This document shows, piece by piece, positions 55,822 to 63,320 of a stretch of 63,320 nucleotides of DNA. Made by a program: the position numbers and the translations under genes. Where the stretch lies: the IMG/VR virus record IMGVR_UViG_3300033153_011833, positions 1 through 63,320 of that record; one strand, written 5' to 3'. The notes below the pieces were generated by a model. That model made no database searches. It worked only from the letters and a program-made list of their open reading frames with translations, and had not been told where the DNA came from. Source of the DNA: a virus (taxonomy: Duplodnaviria > Caudoviricetes). How positions within the stretch are numbered: the first letter of the stretch is position 1; every line of letters starts with the position of its first letter.

Positions 55822-55845
55822 TCGTGGTCCCCTTTGATATCTATT

Positions 55846-56466
55846 TTATCTTGCATAACAGATTGGCAAATTATTTTGTATCCCTAATAAATTTTTGAAT
55901 AGATTAGTAATACCTATTTGTTGCCCCAAAGGCAAATTCAAATAAGATGAGCTTCTGGGTCTCCAAGGAAACTTATTTCTTCTTTTTGTAACCCCAAAAA
56001 AATCTAATACCTTTTGATACGTTTCAGGTTTCTCTAATCCTTCATATTTTAGCATCATAATTTCGCGGTCAACTGGGGCTTTCAACCATATCATAAAATG
56101 TTCTTCCAGTTTAAGTGGGTCATACATGTCTTTTAAGACCTGCGTTATAGATAGCTTTGGATGTTTTCTAATGTAGTCACAATCCCCACTTATATTTCTA
56201 CAATGATTGAATAAGAAATTATCATAACGACCTCTATTAAGATATGAAATCAACAAATTTCTTGGGTCGGAATATAAAAACAAAGTTTTTCTTTTACAGT
56301 TTGGAGGATTTTTTACGTGCCTATTTTTAGTGACACTCCTATCCCTCATACCTGTTGCTTGTAAACATTTTTTCATTTGGTCAGAACCACTACACCCCGG
56401 AGAATAGATAGTAAAAGAATTTATAAATTTCTCCACCATAAATTTCGTCCATAATTGACTTATCAA
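55846..56466 (-). CDS. Sulfotransferase-like P-loop protein
   Basis: SPGCSGS, LYSDPRNLLISY and LKYEGL resemble PAPS-binding motifs (degenerate). Confidence 0.5.
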   Translation of the reverse strand: MISQLWTKFMVEKFINSFTIYSPGCSGSDQMKKCLQATGMRDRSVTKNRHVKNPPNCKRKTLFLYSDPRNLLISYLNRGRYDNFLFNHCRNISGDCDYIRKHPKLSITQVLKDMYDPLKLEEHFMIWLKAPVDREIMMLKYEGLEKPETYQKVLDFFGVTKRRNKFPWRPRSSSYLNLPLGQQIGITNLFKNLLGIQNNLPICYAR

Positions 56467-56475
56467 ATTTTTTAC

Positions 56476-57183
56476 TTATAAAAATTTCCAATCTTCTTTT
56501 AGTATAGGGGATAATAAAGGAGAACCGTGATTCCATAATTTAACATATCTTCTTCCTACACATAAATCTAATTGATTAACAAAATTTAATATACAACTAT
56601 CTACACAATAAATTTCTTTTGCCCCTTTCAAAATAGAGTACCAATCAAAAATAGTAAAACCTTTTATCGGCTTAACCTCTATCCCCTCTATTCCAAGTTC
56701 TCGATGTCCTCGACTTCCTGTTTGATGCACTATTTTATAAGAAGTATTTTTTTCAATTCCTAAATACTTTTTGAGTTCTTCTTCCTTTGTTTTGTTTCTA
56801 TTAAAAATCAATTTGTACTTTTCATTTATATCAATCCCTGCTTTATTATATTTCCATTCATCAAAATGAACGTTTCCTCTAAAAAAATCTTCTGTTTCTT
56901 TATGGTGAGCGAAACCTATTCCTAAATCGAGTATATTCTCTTGATTGGGACAAACTGTAGATAAGATATTATAAGCTTCTTGTATGTTCTGGTGCAGGTC
57001 CTTTTTTAGCAGCACAGGAATTACATAATCCACGTAATCTAACAATCCAGCATATTGATTGTTGATGTACCATTTAATTTTATATCCTCTATCCACATAT
57101 TTTTTAGCTATGGGCAAGCAAATGATAACATCACCGATTCTTCCAGGTTGTATCAAATGTAAAATTTTATCTTGGGTTTGCAC
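56476..57183 (-). CDS. GT9/heptosyltransferase-like GT-B enzyme
   Basis: GRIGDVIICLP and CVDSCILN motifs. Confidence 0.65.
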   Translation of the reverse strand: MQTQDKILHLIQPGRIGDVIICLPIAKKYVDRGYKIKWYINNQYAGLLDYVDYVIPVLLKKDLHQNIQEAYNILSTVCPNQENILDLGIGFAHHKETEDFFRGNVHFDEWKYNKAGIDINEKYKLIFNRNKTKEEELKKYLGIEKNTSYKIVHQTGSRGHRELGIEGIEVKPIKGFTIFDWYSILKGAKEIYCVDSCILNFVNQLDLCVGRRYVKLWNHGSPLLSPILKEDWKFL

Positions 57184-57994
57184 TATACATCTCCTTTACA
57201 ATATTAGGATGAACCCCTTCAAACTTCTTGGTTTTGGAATTTTTCTTTAATATCCAAACAGGGTATTTCTTTTCTAATAATCTTCTATTAGAAGGGTTCC
57301 ATTTTATAAATAAATTTTCATACCATTCATCTGGATGGATAGAATTGAAAAATTTATCCTTATGTATTTTGAGTTTAGCTCTGACCTGTGAATCATAAAG
57401 ATACCCATAATGATAAAGAAGAATATTTTTGGGAGTCCATACTTTGCCAATCTTCCATAAATTAGGTTTAAGTTTTAGATTCGCTTTGGGAGGTCGATGA
57501 GAACGAAGTCGAATTCCAGGAAAGCACTTAAATATTCTTCTAACCAACCATACCTTTTTCAGCAGGGTTGGATGAAACATATAATAATCCAATCCCTTGA
57601 AAAAATGAACAGCCTTAAACCATACTTGGTCTATACTAGGATTTTCTGTGAGAATCTTAAAAACTCTTCTAATATCATTTTGTTTATAAAATTCATCTAC
57701 ATCCACAAACCAAACATAAGAGCCGGTTACCTGTTTAAGTCCTTCATTTTGCATTTGCACCTTGGAATGCCATTTGCCTTGAATGAGTTTTATTTTGTTT
57801 TCAGGGTCTGGGTATTTTTTTATTGCTCTAATTGTACCGTCTTTTGAACTGCCATCATGATTGGCAAAATCTTCAAAAGATGGAATAGACCCTTCCACAA
57901 TAATTATTTCTTTGGCAAAAGGATAGATGCTTTTTAGATTATAATCTATAAACGGTTTGCCATTTAATACTATAATAAGATAGCTCATTTCCAT
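57167..57994 (-). CDS. Glycosyltransferase family 2
   Basis: IIIVEG, SKDGT, VDVDE and HYGY motifs. Confidence 0.8.
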   Translation of the reverse strand: MEMSYLIIVLNGKPFIDYNLKSIYPFAKEIIIVEGSIPSFEDFANHDGSSKDGTIRAIKKYPDPENKIKLIQGKWHSKVQMQNEGLKQVTGSYVWFVDVDEFYKQNDIRRVFKILTENPSIDQVWFKAVHFFKGLDYYMFHPTLLKKVWLVRRIFKCFPGIRLRSHRPPKANLKLKPNLWKIGKVWTPKNILLYHYGYLYDSQVRAKLKIHKDKFFNSIHPDEWYENLFIKWNPSNRRLLEKKYPVWILKKNSKTKKFEGVHPNIVKEMYSANPR

Positions 57995-58704
57995 AGGATA
58001 TTTTGAGTAGGTTTGAAGTAAAGAACTCCAAACCCAAACCTTTCCTTACTTTCACAAACAATTTCAAAACGATTATCTTTTCTAGCCATTTCAAAATCAT
58101 CATAATGTTTGATATGATAAATATCATCAAGGGCTATATGACAAGGTTGTTCCAGCAAACTTATTAAATACTGAAATTCTATATTTCCAACATGGCCAGC
58201 ACTATCCAGCAGAACAAAATCAGGATTCCCCTCTTTAATCAACTTACCCAAACAATCTTCTTCAACATCTGGGAAATTAGTTTCTTTATAATACAAATCA
58301 ACTCTTCGACCTCTTTCGTGGTCAACAAAAATATGTCTTCTATCCTTTACTGTTTTTTGTTTAATTGATTCTTTAGTTGGTAAATAAGAACGAGGAATGC
58401 TCAATCCATTGACTAGTATAATATTGCCCCATAACTTTTTTACATTTTTTTTCGCTTGTCGATAGTATTCGGGATTGACTTCTATAGAATAAAAAACAGA
58501 ATTTGTAATATTGTTAGTTTCCAAAGCCATACTAATTATACGTGTAGAACCTTTTCCTACATAAGTTCCAGTTTCAATTATTCTTTTGGGTTGTATTTTC
58601 TCAAATAAAGAAATTAGGATTTCTTGCGTTTCGTTGAATTTAGAATTTGCTGAATGGGATTTAATTGTTTTCCCATCTGATACATAGTTATGGGCTATTT
58701 TCAT
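57985..58704 (-). CDS. Class I SAM-dependent methyltransferase
   Basis: IIETGTYVGKGS, SIE, LDSAGH and LDD motifs. Confidence 0.75.
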   Translation of the reverse strand: MKIAHNYVSDGKTIKSHSANSKFNETQEILISLFEKIQPKRIIETGTYVGKGSTRIISMALETNNITNSVFYSIEVNPEYYRQAKKNVKKLWGNIILVNGLSIPRSYLPTKESIKQKTVKDRRHIFVDHERGRRVDLYYKETNFPDVEEDCLGKLIKEGNPDFVLLDSAGHVGNIEFQYLISLLEQPCHIALDDIYHIKHYDDFEMARKDNRFEIVCESKERFGFGVLYFKPTQNILWK

Positions 58705-59399
58705 AATATATCCTTTACATTTTTAACCATTCTAATTTTTCTCTTTCTCTTGGCGTATAATGGAATGTCTCCTTTAGCCATCTTCAAATTACGGGCATAT
58801 AATATATCTCGATTCTTACCTGCTCCTTTCCATTCATGTTCTACAATTCTCCTTGGAATATGAACAACCTTCTTGATTTTATATACCACATCTCTAAATT
58901 CATTATCACAACCAAAACTTTTATAGATAGGATTATAAATATAACCAAACCAATCATACAACTTCTTCCCCATTATAGAAAGATAGATACATCGAGAATA
59001 GCCTTTTTCATCTGCGTTAGGCCCACCTACGTCATAATGTAATGCCCCGTCTAAATCGGGAAAATGTTCTTTCATATCTTCTGATATAATTAAGTCAAAG
59101 CCTGATGTTTGCGGAATCATATCATCTGAAACAAGAAAAAGGATATCAAACTCTTCGCCTTCCATATCAGCATTTACAGCCTCTATTTTTGTTTTGTGGT
59201 TTCCATATTTATAAACCAAATTAGGAAAACCATCCATAAACAATCTCATTTTGCTATTGTTCATTGTTTTGTCATCTTCATTTAAGGTAATTAAAAAATG
59301 ACATTGGTTTTCCTCACTTAACATAGCATAATATCTCTGTAAGGTTTCCATAAACCAATCAGGTCTGTCTCTTGACGGATATTTGAAAAGTATTTTCAT
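58701..59399 (-). CDS. Glycosyltransferase (GT2-like)
   Basis: PSRDRP, KIEAVN, SDDMIP and CDNE motifs. Confidence 0.75.
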   Translation of the reverse strand: MKILFKYPSRDRPDWFMETLQRYYAMLSEENQCHFLITLNEDDKTMNNSKMRLFMDGFPNLVYKYGNHKTKIEAVNADMEGEEFDILFLVSDDMIPQTSGFDLIISEDMKEHFPDLDGALHYDVGGPNADEKGYSRCIYLSIMGKKLYDWFGYIYNPIYKSFGCDNEFRDVVYKIKKVVHIPRRIVEHEWKGAGKNRDILYARNLKMAKGDIPLYAKRKRKIRMVKNVKDIL

Positions 59400-60043
59400 A
59401 TTTCTTCAAATGGAATATAAGGAATATGTTGATTTAACCGACTATTTTTAGAACAAGAAAAGATTTCTATATCTGTTTCTTTTTTAAGAATTCCAAAAGC
59501 TAATTTGAAATTCTCATAGTAACGATTCAAATTTTTATTACTAATTTTTCTGCCTTTATACCTTTTATGATAATGATATTCTTTGGGATTCAAATTCAAA
59601 TCAAATCCTAATAAATATATTTTTTGGTATCCTAAAAGTACTGCTAATTGAAAAGCACAAAATCCACTATTAAAACCAGTTCTAAAATCATTAAAAGAAA
59701 AACCTATTCCATCAGCTTTTGTATAATTTATCAGTACATGAGCACAAAGAGGATTGTAAGCAAAATTAGAATTAACCCGTTGTAATCTGCCATCCCGAAA
59801 TTTTATGGCAGTGCTAATGACTACGACCCAAGTGGTGTTTATATTTCTAAAAACACCTTGCTGCACCTTACGAAAAATACGTGAATCAGCAGTAAGACAA
59901 TAGGTAGGATTAGGAACATCTAAAGCCGCCATGTTTACAGCAATAGTAGTTTTATCTTTTAGTTGAGAAAAAGGAAAGCCTTTTAGACCAGAACCCCCGC
60001 CTATGATAAATATATCATTATGTTTTCTTCTCCTGTTGTTCAC
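59396..60043 (-). CDS. Maf/GT29-like Rossmann-fold transferase (paralog of 12019..12654)
   Basis: IFIIGGGSGL, IAVN and NSGFCAFQLAVLLGYQKIYLLGFD motifs. Confidence 0.7.
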   Translation of the reverse strand: MNNRRRKHNDIFIIGGGSGLKGFPFSQLKDKTTIAVNMAALDVPNPTYCLTADSRIFRKVQQGVFRNINTTWVVVISTAIKFRDGRLQRVNSNFAYNPLCAHVLINYTKADGIGFSFNDFRTGFNSGFCAFQLAVLLGYQKIYLLGFDLNLNPKEYHYHKRYKGRKISNKNLNRYYENFKLAFGILKKETDIEIFSCSKNSRLNQHIPYIPFEEI

Positions 60044-60177
60044 AATTTATATCCTTTCCAAAACTTTGCAAAAGTTCCCTTATTTTTAATTGCAAAAGCT
60101 CTATCTCCTCCTTAAGTTCTTGGTTCTCTTCTTTTAATTTTTCGTTTTCTTTTTGAACCACACACTTCATAAGCCTT

Positions 60178-61437
60178 CTACACCGTTGATAATTTATAAT
60201 CTACCTCATCTCCGCCTGTAATGCTTTCAACAGGATTCGTAAACGTAATGTGAGCTTTGTTATATTTAATAGTGCCCCCAGAACTTAGTTTAGGATTAGT
60301 AACCGTCCGGGATGTTTTTGATTTGGTAAAATCTACTATCGAATTACCACTGACATTCAAATTTGTAATTGTACCCGATGAATTAGAAGTTACCACTCCA
60401 CCCGAAACATTCAAAGTAGATATAGCTCCGTCCCCCTCAATTCGTAGAGTTCCTGCTGATATTTCATTTAACGTAGAACCGCATCGCTGCACTATATCCC
60501 CACCGTTACTAGATACTGCAGATACTGTAACCCCTTCTCCTATAAATACATCAGAATCTGAAGCAACATTAGATACATAACCAACCAAAACATTATTTAT
60601 GGTGCTTGTTTCTCCAGCTTCAAAAGCCAATCCAACTTTACCTTTTTTAACTTCGAGATTTGAAGCTTCTGCACTGCCACCACTATTTGTAAGAAGTCTT
60701 ACGGCAGGTTTTCCTGTATCCGACCCAGACCCAGAATTATGAATTACAATATCACAAGCATCCGTTCCCGTATCAATTTTGATACGCCCAGAACCTTGTG
60801 CCGTCCCAGGTCCATTTTGATATCCAATCTCAAGTTTGGCAGTTCTGATTTGTAAATAATCCCCAGCTTTTCCAGCAATTCCATTAGAACCTATCTTTCC
60901 TGTCATCGTTTGTGAAATTTTGAAAGCTGCCAAAACATGAGCCGCACCGGATTGGTCTAAACCGTATAATATATCACCAGAAAAATCTTCAATATAAACG
61001 GTTTCATCCGCTACTTCTCCCGGAACCTCCCCTGCACTCCAATTTGCTGCTGTATCATAATGTTTTGGGCCAGAAGATGGAGTAACCTCAGCTAAAGTTA
61101 TGTCTTGGGTGTCATTGGAAGAACCATTCGTCGTTGATTTTGATAAAATAAAATCTTCTCCTGCCACATCTGCCGTCAATGTTACATGAGTTGTATCATC
61201 CGTTGCTGTCACAGCAGATATAAGGGATTGGGTTGAGGAATTCCACACATCAGTTAATCCAGCGGTCACATTTGCAACAGTAGCAGCAGTCGCAGTATAA
61301 CTAATAGATTGCGATTCTCCACTCGGAGCCGTAATCGTTAACGTAAAAATATCACCAATTTCGACATTGCTTGGGGTAGCCGTTCGTACGCAAGCAACTG
61401 CGGGAGCGGTTCCCATCCATCTATTATCTCTTGCCAT
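60178..61437 (-). CDS. Virion structural protein (beta-strand rich)
   Basis: 419 aa, Thr/Gly/Ser-rich, NWS.G.VP motif; follows the tail protein. Confidence 0.55.
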   Translation of the reverse strand: MARDNRWMGTAPAVACVRTATPSNVEIGDIFTLTITAPSGESQSISYTATAATVANVTAGLTDVWNSSTQSLISAVTATDDTTHVTLTADVAGEDFILSKSTTNGSSNDTQDITLAEVTPSSGPKHYDTAANWSAGEVPGEVADETVYIEDFSGDILYGLDQSGAAHVLAAFKISQTMTGKIGSNGIAGKAGDYLQIRTAKLEIGYQNGPGTAQGSGRIKIDTGTDACDIVIHNSGSGSDTGKPAVRLLTNSGGSAEASNLEVKKGKVGLAFEAGETSTINNVLVGYVSNVASDSDVFIGEGVTVSAVSSNGGDIVQRCGSTLNEISAGTLRIEGDGAISTLNVSGGVVTSNSSGTITNLNVSGNSIVDFTKSKTSRTVTNPKLSSGGTIKYNKAHITFTNPVESITGGDEVDYKLSTV

Positions 61438-61454
61438 TTTATTTCCCCTTTTAA

Positions 61455-63206
61455 TTAACTCACAAGAATTTCTTCGCTATTCAACTGAGTGATTTCTCCA
61501 GCTTTTGTGCGGGCATATGCTACATACGTTTTGCCAAATCCCGGACCAATACCGGTATGAGTTGCCGAATTTGAATCTTGCCAGCCTGTATCCCACGAAT
61601 CATCAGTTGTTTTGAATCTGTATTCCACTTCACGGTCATTTTCAGGACCGAAAGCCTCACGAGCAGTCATCTCTACGTTGTTGCCAACTGCATGAGGTTC
61701 TATTTCCCATAAACCATATGGAGGAACAATACAGCCAGTATCAGCTACAACTTCATTCCAATCACTTGGCGAGGTAAAATTATCTGTTTGCCCTACCCCC
61801 GCTGCCGATGCATTATCTCTAACCGTAACGCGATAATTCCAATCAACCAAATCCTTGTCGAGTGCATCTTCCAAATCATCGGCATCGCCAGCATCGCCGC
61901 CGACACCCATGTCGAGCACAAAATCATATTCACGGGATTCCTGATAACCGCTATCAAAATCTTCGCCACCATCTTGACCTTCAAAAAGATACCATTCACC
62001 ATTCCCCTCCAAATCTTCCATCAAGAAAGATTCCATTTTGATATGCCACTCGGCAACATAATCTGGATTGTTATAAGTAACATCAGGACCATATCCAGCT
62101 TTTCTGTTTGTGTCATAAACAATAGGCTTTCTGAACAGGCTCGTCGGTTCATACACTGGAGGCGAATCATCTTCAGATGGGTCCAATAACTTTTTCTTCA
62201 CATACGTATCATCACGTTGAAAAATTTCATTCGCAAAGCCGTTCCAATCCCAGTGCATTATCGCATTGAAAGTACTCGAAACTATTGTTAGAGTTGCAAG
62301 AGTATCTGCATGCCATTGGCCACTACTGGCAGGGGATTCAATCAACGCCATCAAATGATTTGCAATTTTGATTCGCCAATATTTTACACTTCCAGTCGCT
62401 ACATAATTAGCATCGCATCCAAGCCATACATAAATATTCAAGTCTTCATCTTGTGTAATTGTTCCAAACGGACCATTTATTATTGTTGCTACTTGATATG
62501 AATAAGCGTTTGAATTTGGCGATATACGAAGACGAAAATAAAAGTTACCATAAGCATCGCAATCCGGGAAATCCGTAAATTTTATTCCAACTTGAGTTTC
62601 AGTTCCTTGATGATACCATTCACCTGGAGACCCATCTACCACCCAATTAGTATTTGATAAATTCTGATGTGAATCCCCACTAGTACTCCAAGCAGTATCG
62701 TTCATAAAAGGTTCGAATTGAGCAAGTATCCTATTTACAACTCCCGCATAAGCTTCGTCTCTTGACGAACCGTAAATATAAGCATATTCCGAACCAAAAC
62801 CACTAACAAGACTAACAGTTGGAATATCTAAGGCCAGATACGGTTCCATCGCATCCATCACGTCCCGCATCAATTTCAATATGAGAAATGCCCTTTCCCA
62901 ATAATCTACAGAATCATGCGTATGAATTGGCCCGTGCCTGTCTTTTAGATTTGTATCATAATCGCCAAACTCTTCTTCCGCCGGTTCCGAATAAGAATAA
63001 ATACTTGCAAAATGCCAGTGGTCAGAACAACCACCCGCTCCGCCGTGTTGTTTATCACGGAATTCGACACCGGTGGGGGTACCGCTTTCTTTATCACGCA
63101 TTTTTGATAAGCTAACATAGCCCATCGTGTACTTTGGAATCACTCTCCAGGTTCCATGGGGCCGAGGCAATTCCCAGTCGGCGGCAGCATCGCTACCAGT
63201 TGCAGG
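61455..63206 (-). CDS. 3' part of the ~1073-aa tail protein that begins at 1470
   Basis: Frame continuous across the terminal overlap; C-terminal FN3-like units (DSGYQ/DTGWQ..Y.V..R). Confidence 0.8.
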   Translation of the reverse strand, partial: PATGSDAAADWELPRPHGTWRVIPKYTMGYVSLSKMRDKESGTPTGVEFRDKQHGGAGGCSDHWHFASIYSYSEPAEEEFGDYDTNLKDRHGPIHTHDSVDYWERAFLILKLMRDVMDAMEPYLALDIPTVSLVSGFGSEYAYIYGSSRDEAYAGVVNRILAQFEPFMNDTAWSTSGDSHQNLSNTNWVVDGSPGEWYHQGTETQVGIKFTDFPDCDAYGNFYFRLRISPNSNAYSYQVATIINGPFGTITQDEDLNIYVWLGCDANYVATGSVKYWRIKIANHLMALIESPASSGQWHADTLATLTIVSSTFNAIMHWDWNGFANEIFQRDDTYVKKKLLDPSEDDSPPVYEPTSLFRKPIVYDTNRKAGYGPDVTYNNPDYVAEWHIKMESFLMEDLEGNGEWYLFEGQDGGEDFDSGYQESREYDFVLDMGVGGDAGDADDLEDALDKDLVDWNYRVTVRDNASAAGVGQTDNFTSPSDWNEVVADTGCIVPPYGLWEIEPHAVGNNVEMTAREAFGPENDREVEYRFKTTDDSWDTGWQDSNSATHTGIGPGFGKTYVAYARTKAGEITQLNSEEILVS

Positions 63207-63320
63207 CGGGTCATCGTGATTGTATTCCAAACCAAAACTTATTTCGCCCCAATGCTTCATTATATCTGCGGGAATATATTTATTCGTCGTGTCATAATAC
63301 CAATCGTAATCACCTAAATC
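63207..63320. repeat. Duplicate of 1-114
   Basis: Exact identity. Confidence 0.95.

Overview
This is an apparently complete, circularly assembled tailed-phage genome. Bases 1-114 repeat exactly at 63207-63320, giving a unit length of 63,206 bp. It is AT-rich and the host is not identifiable from sequence. The minus strand (22889 down to 1, continuing 63206 down to 55171) is the late arm: terminase, portal, head morphogenesis, protease/scaffold, capsid, neck, tail tube, frameshifted tail chaperone, tape measure, a 1073-aa tail protein crossing the contig ends, and a seven-gene glycosyl/methyl/sulfo-transferase cluster. The plus strand (23225-55152) carries early and replication genes: a MoxR AAA/VWA module, sigma-like factor, SNF2 helicases, primase, an iteron-containing initiator, DnaB, sliding clamp and loader, a split family A polymerase (UDG+exonuclease, then polymerase), gp32/UvsY/RecA-like proteins, split SbcC with SbcD, two DNA methyltransferases and CsrA. 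No integrase, reverse transcriptase, canonical tRNA or CRISPR array was seen. The standout is 33352-34676: a solitary Cas7/RAMP-like gene flanked by non-coding arrays of GGY-NN pentamers cut into three units by GGCAGGT, a candidate compact RNA-guided (VIPR-like) system. Family assignments come from motifs read by eye, not from database searches.
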